DNA from: an uncultured Chloroflexia bacterium
GTDB taxonomy: Bacteria > Chloroflexota > Limnocylindria > Limnocylindrales > CSP1-4
Length of the DNA stretch: 64,000 nt
NCBI GenBank assembly: GCA_963748625.1
Contig: CAVVJT010000010.1
Location: forward strand, 768,001 to 832,000
Reading direction: 5' to 3'
In this document: positions 21,578-31,729 of the stretch, piece after piece
Layout of the letters: every line of letters starts with the position of its first letter
Numbering within the stretch: the stretch's first letter is position 1
Program-made: the position numbers and the translations under genes
Notes under the pieces: model-generated
Databases searched by the model: none
What the model was told of the DNA's origin: nothing
What the model saw: only the letters and a program-made list of their open reading frames with translations

Positions 21578-22183
21578 CTAGCCGCGCGCCGCGGTCTTGC
21601 GCTCGATGAGCTGGAGCGCCTCGCGCAGGCGGACCATGGACTCCTCGTCCACGCTGTCGGACTCGAGGTACGGTCCCAGCCGCTCCATGATGTCGGTCAC
21701 GAGACCCAGGAAGACGGCAGCGTCGGCCACGAAGAACTGCGGTTCGTTGTTGTAGCGGACCATCGTGAGCCGGCCCTGGAGGACGCGGCGATCCTCCACG
21801 TGGGCGATCTGGGTGCTGAAGTTGTGGCCCTGGATGCCGTCGGGGTTGTTGAGGAAGTTGAGGGCGTTGTCGATGGCCAGCCCGAACCGGGCCCGCCAGG
21901 CGACCAGCCGCTCGTAGACCTCGGGCGGGATCCGGACCTCGCCCACATCATCGAAGACCTCGGGAGCCACGGTGAGCAGGCCGACCAGCGTGGTGCCCGC
22001 CCGCGCACCGAGCATCACCTGGAGGCTGCGCTCGAGGGTGAAGACCTCGGAGTCGAACCGGGGACTGGTGATGACGTCGGTCAGGAGGTCCTCGACGTTG
22101 TCGAGGCTGCCCGGGTCGTTGACGGCGTTGGCGAGGTGGAGGATCTCCTCCTTGAAGAGGAACTTCTCCTCGTGATCAAGCAT
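21578..22183 (-). CDS. Hypothetical protein (201 aa, acidic)
   Basis: MLDHEEKFLFKEEILHLANAV...; strong coding composition; TACCAT 6 nt before the ATG. Confidence 0.8.
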   Translation of the reverse strand: MLDHEEKFLFKEEILHLANAVNDPGSLDNVEDLLTDVITSPRFDSEVFTLERSLQVMLGARAGTTLVGLLTVAPEVFDDVGEVRIPPEVYERLVAWRARFGLAIDNALNFLNNPDGIQGHNFSTQIAHVEDRRVLQGRLTMVRYNNEPQFFVADAAVFLGLVTDIMERLGPYLESDSVDEESMVRLREALQLIERKTAARG

Positions 22184-22575
22184 GGCGCGATGGTAACAGG
22201 GGGCGTGTCGGGTCCCTGCCCTGTGCGCGCTGGCCCCCCGACGTGTGCGCGCCGCTCCGCCGGCCCCACGCGCGCCCGCCGTCCAGGGCCACCTCGCCGG
22301 CCCGGGCGCGGCCGTGCACGCGGAGCAATACTCCTGGCCCGCGCTGTCGCGCCACTGCTCACGGAGCACAGGAATAACGGCCGCCCGGCCGATTCGGGGC
22401 CGAAACCGGTCGTCGCCGTGCGTGGCGGGCACCACGACGACCTGTGGGGCCGGAACAATTGCCCGGCGCGCACGCGGCGCAACGGGCGCGCGGGGAACCA
22501 GCACGGAATCGTTCGGCCCGGGACGAGCCCGGGCCGATCGACGTTCGAAGCGCGGCAGCGGATGCCGCAGGTGGC

Positions 22576-23841
22576 TTACGGGTAGAGGCCGCGCAGGGCG
22601 GTCGCGTCGGCGACACGCTGGACGGCGTTGAGGTAGGCGCCGGTCCGCATGTTGACGCCGTGCTTCTCGCTCTGGGCCAGGACCTCGGCGAACGCCTTGT
22701 CCATGATGACCTTGAGCTTGGCGTTGACCTCGGTCTCGGTCCAGTGGTCGCGGTTGAGGTCCTGGACCCACTCGAAGTAGGAGACGGTCACGCCGCCGGC
22801 ATTCGCGAGAATGTCGGGGATCATGAAGACGCCCTTCTTCCAGAGCACCTCGTCGGCCTCGGGGGTCGTGGGGCCGTTGGCGGCCTCGGCGACGATCTTG
22901 GCCTTGACGTTGTCCACGTTCGCGGCCGTGATCTGGTTCTCGTAGGCGGCCGGGATGAGGACGTCGCACTCGAGCTCGAGGAGCTCGCCGTTGGTGATGG
23001 TCTTGCTGCCCGGGAAGCCGACGACGGTGCCGTGCTCCTTCTTCCACGCGAGGACGCGCGGAACGTCGAGCCCGTCCTGCTTCCAGATCGCGCCGCCCGT
23101 GTCGGACACGGCGATGACCGTCGAGCCCTCGTCGGACATGAGCTGGGCAGCGATGTTGCCGGCGTTGCCGAAGCCCTGCACCGCGACCGTGGACTTGGTC
23201 AGGTCCATGCCCAGGTGCTTGGCGGCCTGGACGATCGTGAACACGCAGCCACGCGCCGTGGCCTCGTTGCGGCCCTCGGAGCCGCCGATGCTGATCGGCT
23301 TGCCGGTGACGACGCCCGGGACGGTGTAGCCCGCGTGCATGGAGTACGTGTCCATGAACCAGGCCATGATCTGCGGGGTGGTGTTGACGTCCGGCGCCGG
23401 AATGTCGCGCTCGGGGCCGACCAGGACCGAGATCTCCGAGAAGAAGCGGCGGGAGAGATGCTCCAGCTCCTTCATCGAGAGCTGCTTGGGGTCGACGGAC
23501 ACGCCGCCCTTGCCGCCGCCGTACGGGATGCCGACGACCGCGCACTTCCAGGTCATCCACATCGCGAGGGCCTTGACCTCGTCGAGGGTGACGTCCTGGT
23601 GGTAGCGGATGCCGCCCTTGGCCGGCCCGCGGCTGAGGTTGTGCTGCACGCGATAGCCCGTGTAGACCTGGACCGAGCCGTCGTCCATCTGCACGGGGAA
23701 GTGGACGGTGAGCTCGCGGCGCGGCTCGCGCAGGACGCGGCGCAGGCCGGGATCCAGGTTGAGCATCTCGGCCGCCAGGTCGAACTGGCTCTGGGCCACC
23801 TTCCAGGCGTTGATCGGCGGCGCCATGTTCTCCGTCGTCAT
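22576..23841 (-). CDS. gdhA: Glu/Leu/Phe/Val dehydrogenase (glutamate dehydrogenase)
   Basis: GPAKGGIRY, MTWKC, GGGKGG, PAPDVNT, VTGKP, QGFGNAG, EAANGP, NAGGVTVSYFEW. Confidence 0.95.
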   Translation of the reverse strand: MTTENMAPPINAWKVAQSQFDLAAEMLNLDPGLRRVLREPRRELTVHFPVQMDDGSVQVYTGYRVQHNLSRGPAKGGIRYHQDVTLDEVKALAMWMTWKCAVVGIPYGGGKGGVSVDPKQLSMKELEHLSRRFFSEISVLVGPERDIPAPDVNTTPQIMAWFMDTYSMHAGYTVPGVVTGKPISIGGSEGRNEATARGCVFTIVQAAKHLGMDLTKSTVAVQGFGNAGNIAAQLMSDEGSTVIAVSDTGGAIWKQDGLDVPRVLAWKKEHGTVVGFPGSKTITNGELLELECDVLIPAAYENQITAANVDNVKAKIVAEAANGPTTPEADEVLWKKGVFMIPDILANAGGVTVSYFEWVQDLNRDHWTETEVNAKLKVIMDKAFAEVLAQSEKHGVNMRTGAYLNAVQRVADATALRGLYP

Positions 23842-24143
23842 AGAGCGGATGATCCTCGTGGTGGGATGGGGACCGCCACCCCGTAGCGTTTGGCCGTCTT
23901 CCGGGCGACCACACGGGGGTGTTCGAGCCGATCGGCCGTGGCATGACCAGACGGCGGTCGAACACCGCCTCTGAGGGCCGAGTATAGCCACGGAGCGCTC
24001 CCGCGACCGTGCCGCTCGGCACCCGGCCGCAACCAATCCGTCACCCTGTCGCACCTGTCACGTGGCAGGGGTCAGCACGCCTCCCGGGATCGCCGCGTGT
24101 GCCGGCGGGGCACGGTCGGGTGCCCTCGCCGGCCGGGCCCGGA

Positions 24144-24989
24144 TCAGCCCTTGCGGACGAACACGCCCCCGAGGCACCCGGGGCCGATGTGCGGTCCCAC
24201 CGACGGCCCGACAACCATCGTCTGGACCCTCTCGGCGGCGAGTCCCGAGCGGGCGAGGAACTCCTCGCGGAATCCGTCCACGTCGGCGCCCGGCGTATGG
24301 AGCACCGTCGCCTCATCGAGGGGCTGCTCCGTGAGCAGCTCGAGCACCCGCTCGCGGGCCTTCGAGCGCGTCCGCACCCGGTCCGCATTCTCGACGACGC
24401 CCTCGATCACCGTGATGATCGGCTTGATCGACAGCATGGATCCGACCGCCGCCCGCGTACCGCTGATCCGGCCACCTCGCTTGAGGTACTCGAGCGTGTC
24501 GAGCGCGACGTACAGCCCCACGTCCTTCTTGCGCGCCTCGAGGGCCGCCGCGACCTCGGCTCCGGATGCCCCAGCGGCCGCCAGGCGGGTGCCGTGCTGG
24601 GTCAGCATGGCCTGCCCGGCGGACACCGTGCGCGAGTCCACGATGTGCACGTCACGGTCCGGCATGCCTGCGGCCGCGATCTGGACCGACTTGAGCGTCC
24701 CGGACAGGTCGCCCGACACCGTCACGCACACGATCGAGTCAGCTCCCGCGGCAAAGGCGGCCTCGAAGGCGGTGGCGAACTCCCCGGGCGAAGCGGCCGC
24801 CGTGGTGGGGAACGGCGCGTTCGGGGCAAGCATCCGCTGCCAGAACTCGTCCGTTGTCAGCGTTGCGTTGGCCAGGAAGACCTCGTCGCCGAAGCTGACC
24901 TGGAGCGGCACCACGGTGATCCCGGACTCGGCCGCGACGGCGGGCTGGAGGTCGCTGGCGGAGTCGGTGATGAGCGCGACACGGGTCAC
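24144..24989 (-). CDS. DegV/FakB family fatty-acid-binding protein
   Basis: ITDSASD, SGDLSGT, VDSRTVS, LEYLKRGGRI, VGPHIGPG; GGAGGG RBS. Confidence 0.93.
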   Translation of the reverse strand: MTRVALITDSASDLQPAVAAESGITVVPLQVSFGDEVFLANATLTTDEFWQRMLAPNAPFPTTAAASPGEFATAFEAAFAAGADSIVCVTVSGDLSGTLKSVQIAAAGMPDRDVHIVDSRTVSAGQAMLTQHGTRLAAAGASGAEVAAALEARKKDVGLYVALDTLEYLKRGGRISGTRAAVGSMLSIKPIITVIEGVVENADRVRTRSKARERVLELLTEQPLDEATVLHTPGADVDGFREEFLARSGLAAERVQTMVVGPSVGPHIGPGCLGGVFVRKG

Positions 24990-25170
24990 GATGGATCTCC
25001 CTCCAGGCACTGTGAAGGCCAAGCGGCCGGCTGCCCCCTCCGATCCGCGGATGATACGGACCCGACCGGGCCCACGTGGACCGTTCGGGCTCGCCCCGCT
25101 CAGGCCCTCCCCGACGGCGTGCCCCGAGCGGGACCTCCCGATGTGGCGCATCACCGGCTACCCTTCCCCG

Positions 25171-26460
25171 ATGGCGCGATCCGTCCTGGCCGTGATCTTC
25201 GGCACCTTCACCCTGCGGCTCGCGACGGGCCTGACGGGCGGCGCCCTCGTGTACTACCTCGCCGTGCTGGAGGACTACGGCGGACCCAAGGTGGACGCCA
25301 TCACCCTGGGCTGGTTCGTCGCCCTCTTCTACGCGGCCGAGCTCATCGGCTCGCCACTGTTCGGCGTGCTGTCCGACCGGCTCGGCCACCGGCGGGTCAT
25401 GCTGTTCGGCCCCGGCTTCGGGGCGGTCGCCGTGATCATCACCGCCGTCACCACGAGCATCCCCGTCCTCATGGGCACCCGCCTGCTCGAGGGCGCGTCG
25501 ACGGCTGCCTCGATCCCGTCGATCCTCGGGTTCATCGCCTTCGCCACCGCCGGCGACGAGGCGCTCCGGGGTCGGGCGACGGCACGGTTCGAGGCCGCGA
25601 CCCTGGCCGGCCTCCTGGGCGGCCTGGTCCTGGCGGGCCCCTTGTTCACGCTCATGGGCCCGGGTGTCTTCCTGTTCAACGCCCTGCTCTACGGACTCTC
25701 CTTCGCCATCTACAAGTTCGGCGTGCCAGCCCACGCCGAGCCGCCGCCCCACCCCGAGCGCGGCGTGCGCGGCGCGAGCGCCCTGAAGCGCTACGGGGCG
25801 ATTCTCACCGGCACCCACGTCTGGCTGCTGGCCCCTACGTGGATCGCCATCAATGCGGTGCTGGGCCTGTTCACCACGCAGACCCTGTTCCAGCTGGTCA
25901 GCAAGCCCAGCCCCGGGTTCTCCGACCAGATGCTCATGGGCGGCGTCGATCGCAACGTCGTGAGCGCGGTCCTGGGGATCGGCGGACTCCTGTTCTTCGT
26001 GGGCATCTTCTGGTGGGGCCGCCGCTTCGCGAAGATGCGCCGCACGACCATCATCTTCTACGGGATCCTCGGCGGCGGCGCCGTGCTCGCGGCGGCCTTC
26101 GGCGTCAACCACTCGGCCGATCTGCCCATCGTGGTCCCGCTCGCCCTCGCGGTGCTCGCGATCGGCGGCCTCTTCGTGCTCGCGGGTGCGACCCCGGCCG
26201 CGATCGGCCTCCTCGCCGACGTGACCGAGGCCTACCCCAACGATCGGGGCGCGATCATGGGCCTCTACTCCGTGTTCCTGGCCCTCGGCCAGATCACGGG
26301 CAGCCTGCTCGGCGGGGCGTCCGCCCAGCGGTGGGGCCTCGATGGAATCTTCATCGTCGCCCTGGTGCTCCTGGGCGTGGCGCTGCTGCCGCTGAGCCAT
26401 CTCCGCCGCTACGAGCACTTCATGGGCCCGTCGGCGGCCGAGACGTTCGGGCCGGCGTGA
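25171..26460 (+). CDS. MFS transporter
   Basis: Motif A FGVLSDRLGHRR, RLLEG, 12 TMs; TACCCT 6 nt before the ATG. Confidence 0.9.
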   Translation: MARSVLAVIFGTFTLRLATGLTGGALVYYLAVLEDYGGPKVDAITLGWFVALFYAAELIGSPLFGVLSDRLGHRRVMLFGPGFGAVAVIITAVTTSIPVLMGTRLLEGASTAASIPSILGFIAFATAGDEALRGRATARFEAATLAGLLGGLVLAGPLFTLMGPGVFLFNALLYGLSFAIYKFGVPAHAEPPPHPERGVRGASALKRYGAILTGTHVWLLAPTWIAINAVLGLFTTQTLFQLVSKPSPGFSDQMLMGGVDRNVVSAVLGIGGLLFFVGIFWWGRRFAKMRRTTIIFYGILGGGAVLAAAFGVNHSADLPIVVPLALAVLAIGGLFVLAGATPAAIGLLADVTEAYPNDRGAIMGLYSVFLALGQITGSLLGGASAQRWGLDGIFIVALVLLGVALLPLSHLRRYEHFMGPSAAETFGPA

Positions 26461-26493
26461 TGACGGTGCGATGCCGCTGATGGAGCGATACCG

Positions 26494-28155
26494 ATGACCG
26501 ATCTCAAGCCCCTCGTCCCTGCCCGGGCCGCGCGCGGCGCCCGAGGCGCAGTCGTGGCACCGCACCACCTCGCCACGACCGCCGGCCTGGCCGTGCTGGC
26601 CGCCGGCGGCCACGCTGTCGACGCGGCGATCGCCACCAACGCCGTGCTGGGCGTCGTGATGCCCAACGGGTGCGGCATCGGCGGCGATGCGTTCTGGCTC
26701 GTCTGGGACGACGGTGCCGGTGAGCAGGTGGCGCTCAACGGGTCCGGGCGAGCGCCCGCCGCAGCCACTGCCGGGCTCCTGCGCTCACGCGGGTTGGAGC
26801 GCATCCCGCTCCGCGGCCCGTATGGCATCACCGTTCCGGGTGCCGTCCGCTCCTGGGCCGATGCCCACGCCCGCTGGGGCCGCCTGTCCCGGGACGTGAT
26901 CCTCGCCGCCGCCATCGAGCACGCCGGGGCCGGGTTCCCCGCATGGGAGGGCCTCGTCGACGCGGTCGAGGCGACCGACGCAAGCCTGGGCGACGCAGCC
27001 TGGGCCGAAGGGTTCCGGCGGGTCTGGCGGCCTGCCGCGAGGCCCTGGCGCCCGGGCGAGATGATCCGGCTTCCGGCCCTTTCGGCAACCCTGCGCACCT
27101 TGGCCGACGAAGGGTTCGACGCCTTCTACGACGGCTCGCTGGGTGAGCGGCTGGCTCGCAACCTGGCCGCCTCGGGCGCCCTGCACACCGCCGCCGACCT
27201 CCACGCTCATCGCAGCACGTGGGGGACCCCGATCGCGACCGAGTACCGGGGTGTCCGCGTCACCACCCATCCGCCCAACAGCAGCGGGCTGCTCGCGCTC
27301 GAGATCCTCAACATCCTCGCGGAGTTCGAGCCACCGCCCGCCGCCGCCTTCGGGCCGCGGGGCTGGACCGATGCGGCGTGGCCGCACCTCTGGCTCGAGG
27401 CTGCCAAGCTCGTCTACGCCGATCGCGACGCGACCCTCACCGATCCGGCCTTCCGCGATGTGCCCGTGGACGTGCTGCTCTCGCGGCAGCGCGCGACGAC
27501 GCTCGCCGGGCTGATCGACCCCCGCCGGGCCGACCCCTCCCCTGCCCCGGTCCGGACGCTCGTGGGCGGGACGATCTACCTCGCGGTGGTGGATGCGCAG
27601 GGCAATGCCGTGAGCCTGATCCAGTCGAATGCGGCAGGCTTCGGCTCAGGGGTCGTGGATGCCGAGACGGGCGTCCACTACCAGAACCGGGGAGCGTCGT
27701 TCTCGCTGGACCCCACTCACCCAAACGTGATCGAGCCGCGCAAGCGGACGGCGCACACGCTGCTGCCCGGGATGCTGTTCAGGGTGGGCCAGCGACGGCC
27801 GTGGATCGTGGGTGGCTCCATGGGCGGCGACATCCAGCCCCAGGTGCACGCCCAGCTGGTGTCCGCACTGGTCGACGGGAGCGCGGACCTGGCGACGGCC
27901 GTCGCGGCGCCGCGGATCACGGTTGAGCCCGCGGGCTGGCTCGCACCACCGACGGCCGTCTTCGCTGACGGCACCTTGTCGGACGGTGTCCCCGACGGGC
28001 TTCGCGAGCGAGGCCACGATCTCGGGCTGGAGCCGTACAACGGCGCCCTGGGCCACGAGCACGCGATCGAGCTGGTCGATGGCGGACCTGCCCAAGGTGG
28101 CAGCCTGCTGGCGATGACCGATCCGCGCAGCGCGGGGCTGCCTGCGGTCCGGTAG
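26494..28155 (+). CDS. Gamma-glutamyltransferase family Ntn hydrolase (YwrD-like)
   Basis: GGHAVDAAIA, GIGGDAF, TVPG, PPNSSG, autoproteolytic Thr in GGTIYLAVVD, QNRG, MGG..QPQ, DPR. Confidence 0.93.
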   Translation: MTDLKPLVPARAARGARGAVVAPHHLATTAGLAVLAAGGHAVDAAIATNAVLGVVMPNGCGIGGDAFWLVWDDGAGEQVALNGSGRAPAAATAGLLRSRGLERIPLRGPYGITVPGAVRSWADAHARWGRLSRDVILAAAIEHAGAGFPAWEGLVDAVEATDASLGDAAWAEGFRRVWRPAARPWRPGEMIRLPALSATLRTLADEGFDAFYDGSLGERLARNLAASGALHTAADLHAHRSTWGTPIATEYRGVRVTTHPPNSSGLLALEILNILAEFEPPPAAAFGPRGWTDAAWPHLWLEAAKLVYADRDATLTDPAFRDVPVDVLLSRQRATTLAGLIDPRRADPSPAPVRTLVGGTIYLAVVDAQGNAVSLIQSNAAGFGSGVVDAETGVHYQNRGASFSLDPTHPNVIEPRKRTAHTLLPGMLFRVGQRRPWIVGGSMGGDIQPQVHAQLVSALVDGSADLATAVAAPRITVEPAGWLAPPTAVFADGTLSDGVPDGLRERGHDLGLEPYNGALGHEHAIELVDGGPAQGGSLLAMTDPRSAGLPAVR

Positions 28156-28277
28156 GGCTCGGGCCGACCGGGAGGCAGCCCCGAGCGGTCGGCGCCCGAT
28201 GGTATCCTCGGCCGGCTGGTGGCAGCCGCGCTCGCACACGACCTGCCGCCGGAATCGTGTGGAGAGCGGAGGCACAG

Positions 28278-28550
28278 GTGACCTCGAACGTCGGGCAGAG
28301 CTACCCCTACAGCAGCGAGTCGGAGGCGGAGCGCGCCGCCGTGATCGCGGCGCTCGTCGAAGCGCGCGAGGGCCTGGCCGACAAGCTCAAGGCCGAGACC
28401 AACCCGCTCGACCAGGCCGAGCGCCGGTGGGTGTACAAGTGCCCCACCAAGGGCTGCACGGGCCTGCTCCACGCGGCGGGGTACGCGGTCGAGAAGCACG
28501 CCGTCTTCGTCGTCTGCGACGGGACCTGCGCCAAAACCTTCCTGCGCTAG
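28278..28550 (+). CDS. Small Cys-rich putative metal-binding protein (90 aa)
   Basis: GGAGG RBS then GTG; CPTKGC...CDGTC. Confidence 0.72.
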   Translation: MTSNVGQSYPYSSESEAERAAVIAALVEAREGLADKLKAETNPLDQAERRWVYKCPTKGCTGLLHAAGYAVEKHAVFVVCDGTCAKTFLR

Positions 28551-28584
28551 CCGCCTGCGCGAACCGCACGGTCCGCGCGACCCC

Positions 28585-29433
28585 ATGACCACGCCCCCGG
28601 GGCCCGATCCCAGCCTGCGCGCGGCCCGCCGCCAGCTCCTGCTCGACACGGCCGGGATCGTCGCGTCGATCGTCGCCTTCGGCTTCGTCTTCGGTCTCGC
28701 CGCCAAGGAGGCCGGCCTCTCGCCCATCGAGGCGAGCGCGATGAGCCTCTTGTGCTTCGCCGGGGCGGCGCAGTTCGCGGCGGTGGGCTATGTCGCGGCC
28801 GGGCTGCCGTGGCTGCCGATCGTCGTCCTCACGGCGGCCCTCAACGCCCGCCATCTCCTCTACAGCGCGAGCCTTGCGCCGGGTCTCCGACGCGTCGCCT
28901 CCCGTCCGCACCGCGCGTTCATGGCCCACTTCCTGACCGACGAGGCATTCGCGCTGACCGCGGCGCACTTCCACCGGCTCGGCGCACCGGATGCGCTCGG
29001 CTACTGGATCGCGGCGGTGGTGGGCGTCTTCATCCCCTGGAACCTCGCGACGATCGCCGGGGTGCTGCTCGGCGGCGCCATCCTGGAACCACGGCAGCTC
29101 GGCCTGGACATCGTGTTCCCGGCGGCGATGGCGGGGCTGGCCGTCGGCCTGGTCACGGGCCGGCGGGAGCTGGTTGCGGCGGGCGCGGGCGGGGCGCTGG
29201 GCGTCGTGGCCTCGCTGGTCCTCGGGCCTGGCGTCGGGATCGTCGTCGGCGGGCTGTTGGGGCCGCTGGCCGGGATGGCGGTGCCGGAAGGGCGAGTGCA
29301 CCTGTCGCCTGAGTCCGACGTGAGCGGGCAACCCGTGGACATCGACCTCGCGGTGGCCGAGGCCGGATCGCTCGATGCTGCTGGGACCGTGGCACCACAG
29401 GCTGCCGAAGCGTCGCCGGAGCGGCCATCGTGA
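28585..29433 (+). CDS. azlC: AzlC family branched-chain amino acid exporter, large subunit
   Basis: FAGAAQF, NARHLLYS, LTDEAFA. Confidence 0.9.
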   Translation: MTTPPGPDPSLRAARRQLLLDTAGIVASIVAFGFVFGLAAKEAGLSPIEASAMSLLCFAGAAQFAAVGYVAAGLPWLPIVVLTAALNARHLLYSASLAPGLRRVASRPHRAFMAHFLTDEAFALTAAHFHRLGAPDALGYWIAAVVGVFIPWNLATIAGVLLGGAILEPRQLGLDIVFPAAMAGLAVGLVTGRRELVAAGAGGALGVVASLVLGPGVGIVVGGLLGPLAGMAVPEGRVHLSPESDVSGQPVDIDLAVAEAGSLDAAGTVAPQAAEASPERPS

Positions 29434-29762
29434 GCACGGAGCTCGTGGCCCTCGCCGCGCTGATGATGGTCGTGACGTACCCGTCGCGCGCCCTGCCCCT
29501 CCTGGCGCCCGGCATCGAACGGTTGCCGCCGAAGGCCCTGCTCTACCTGCGCCTCGTAGGTCCTGCCGTGCTGGCGTCCCTCGCGGCGGCGAACACGCTG
29601 GTGGCCCCGACGGCGGAAGGCGGATACTCCATGCACGTCGGCGTGGACGCGCTCGGAGTGCTGCTGTGTGTCGTCCTTGTCGCGTGGCGGCGCAACCTGT
29701 TCCTGGGGCTCTTCGCGGGGGTGCTGCTCGTGGCCGTCCTTCGGGTGCTCGGCGCGGCCTGA
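29430..29762 (+). CDS. azlD: AzlD family small subunit
   Basis: TYPSRALP, GPAVLASL; GTGA overlap with azlC. Confidence 0.85.
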   Translation: MSTELVALAALMMVVTYPSRALPLLAPGIERLPPKALLYLRLVGPAVLASLAAANTLVAPTAEGGYSMHVGVDALGVLLCVVLVAWRRNLFLGLFAGVLLVAVLRVLGAA

Positions 29763-29789
29763 TGGGCCGTGGGCATGGCAGGCGCGCTG

Positions 29790-29978
29790 GCCCCGGATCT
29801 CATTCCTCTGCGGATCGAATCGGCCAACGATCCCCGTGGGGATGAGATCCGCCCCGGCCGTGCGGAGGTCGCGCACCGAACCCCAGGTTCAGGGTCCGAA
29901 CCCTGCACGGACCGCCGCGATTCGATCCCTGCGGGGATTAGTCGGCGATTCCATCCGTGTGCGGATGAGATCCGGCCT
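29790..29978. repeat. Palindromic dispersed element, copy 2
   Basis: Terminal inverted repeat CCGGATCTCAT...ATGAGATCCGG; homologous and inverted relative to 8294-8470. Confidence 0.82.
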
Positions 29979-30056
29979 CGAGTGCGAGGATCAGGGCCGA
30001 ACCCGACGTTGGCGGCCGGACGCGTCGCCGGGCGCCGGACCTCAGATCGGGCGTGG

Positions 30057-30443
30057 TCAGGCGCGGCGCGCCTCTGCCTCGATCTCCACCAGCAGTGTCG
30101 GCTCGATCAGGCGGGCCACCACGACCAGCGTGGCCGCCGGCCGGACATGCCTGAACACCTCGCCATGGACCGCCACCACGGCGTCGGCGTCGGCCGGATC
30201 AACGATGTACATCCGGGTGCGCACGACCTCCTCGAGCGCGAAGCCGGCCTGACCAAGCGCACCTTCGATGATGGCGAGTGCCGCCCGGGCCTGCGCGGCG
30301 GCATCACCCGGATGCAGCGAGCCGCCGCCGGGACCCGCGTCCGTCGTGCCTGCGACGAAGCAGGCGTCGCCCACCGCAACCGCGCGCGAGTAGCCGCCTG
30401 CGGCCTCCCACGGGCCGCCCGAGGTGACGTGCCGGCGGCTCAC
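30057..30443 (-). CDS. RidA/YjgF family protein (Rid7-like)
   Basis: SGGPWE...GYSRAV, VAGTT, VVRTRMY, RPAAT, LVEIEAEA. Confidence 0.9.
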   Translation of the reverse strand: MSRRHVTSGGPWEAAGGYSRAVAVGDACFVAGTTDAGPGGGSLHPGDAAAQARAALAIIEGALGQAGFALEEVVRTRMYIVDPADADAVVAVHGEVFRHVRPAATLVVVARLIEPTLLVEIEAEARRA

Positions 30444-31729
30444 CGTGCACCCGCCGCGCCCGTTGCGCCCGTTGCGCTCGCGGCACCCGCCGTCCGCGCC
30501 TCGCGCTCCGCACGCCAGCCGGCAATCTCCGGGTCGCGTCCGATCGTCGCGATCAGGCCGGCGAGCAGCACCGTCCGCGGCACGATCGAGGCGACCTCCA
30601 GGTACTCCTGGGGCGAGTGGTCCATCCCGCCGATCGGTCCGAGCCCGTCGATCGTGGGCACGCCCATGCCCGCCGTCGTGTTCGCATCCGAGGCCCCGCC
30701 GGTCGCGGCGTCGCGCAGGTCGATGCCCAACGCCGCCGCGAGCCCGATCGCATGATCCACCAGCCTGCCCGAGCGCTCCAGCTTCTCCATCGGCCAGTGT
30801 CGCCCAGTCTGCTCGGCCGCCACGGTCACGTCGGGCACCAGGCGCGGCACGAGGATCTCGGCAATCGCGGCCTCGACCGCCTCGAGCCCTTCGCGGGTGA
30901 CCGCCCGCACATCCACCTCCAGCGAGCAGCGCTCGGCGACGACGTTCGGGCGCGTGCCGCCCTCGATCACGCCCACGTTCACCGTCACGCCCGCCCACCG
31001 CCCGTTCAGGGCATGCAGGTCCAGCGTGATCCGGGCCGCCTCGAGCACAGCGCTGCGGCCTTTCTCCGGCTCCACGCCCGCATGTGCGGCGCGCCCGTTG
31101 ACCGACACGATGAGATCGAGCGTGCCCTTGCGCGAGGACACGATGTCGCCGTTGGCCCGCGCGCACTCGAAGACCAGGCACGCGTCGGCATCCTTGGCCA
31201 GGCGCCGGATGTGGGGCGTTGACACCGGCGAGCCGATCTCCTCGTCAGGGTTGGCCACGAAGACGAGACGCGCCAGCGGCAGCCCGCCAAGTGCCTCGCG
31301 GACCGCCGAGATCGCGTAGAGGCCGGTCAGCAGGCCGGACTTCATGTCGGTGACGCCGGGTCCGGTGGCGATGCCACCCTGGATCGAGAACGGCCGCTCC
31401 AGGACGGTCCCTGGATCGAAGACGGTATCCATGTGCCCGATGCACAGGAGCGTCGGGCCGTCCGGCTGCGTGCCCCGGAACTCCGCCACGACCGTCTCGC
31501 CGAGGTCCTGGTCGTTGGCGTAGCCGCACACCGAGGACGCACCCATCGCGCGCAGGTGCTCCATCGTCCAGCGGCCGATGATGTCCACGCCCGACTTCGT
31601 GTACGAGCCGCAGTCGGTGTTGACCAGCCGCTCGAGGTCGGCCATGTAGGCGTCGTGAGTGCGCTCGACGACCTCGCGCAGGGCGGCGATCTCCTCGAGC
31701 GTGACAAGCGTGGGGTCGAAGGCTGGCAT
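30440..31729 (-). CDS. M20 family metallopeptidase (glutamate carboxypeptidase-like)
   Basis: GHMDTV, GPGVTDMKSG, DEEIGS, AHAG, GGASDAN, DGLG..G..HS. Confidence 0.92.
   Translation of the reverse strand: MPAFDPTLVTLEEIAALREVVERTHDAYMADLERLVNTDCGSYTKSGVDIIGRWTMEHLRAMGASSVCGYANDQDLGETVVAEFRGTQPDGPTLLCIGHMDTVFDPGTVLERPFSIQGGIATGPGVTDMKSGLLTGLYAISAVREALGGLPLARLVFVANPDEEIGSPVSTPHIRRLAKDADACLVFECARANGDIVSSRKGTLDLIVSVNGRAAHAGVEPEKGRSAVLEAARITLDLHALNGRWAGVTVNVGVIEGGTRPNVVAERCSLEVDVRAVTREGLEAVEAAIAEILVPRLVPDVTVAAEQTGRHWPMEKLERSGRLVDHAIGLAAALGIDLRDAATGGASDANTTAGMGVPTIDGLGPIGGMDHSPQEYLEVASIVPRTVLLAGLIATIGRDPEIAGWRAEREARTAGAASATGATGAAGAR

Noticed and set aside
21578-24022. 814-aa ORF overlapping gdhA
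   Set aside because: Only the last 201 aa look coding; the rest is an off-frame Arg/Pro/Gly-rich read-through
24035-24075. Transcription-factor site upstream of gdhA (gtgacagg-like repeats)
   Set aside because: Too short and degenerate to assign without comparative data
24097-25170. N-terminal extension making a 787-aa MFS
   Set aside because: It is antisense to DegV; the true start at 25171 is supported by a -10 element and the first TM
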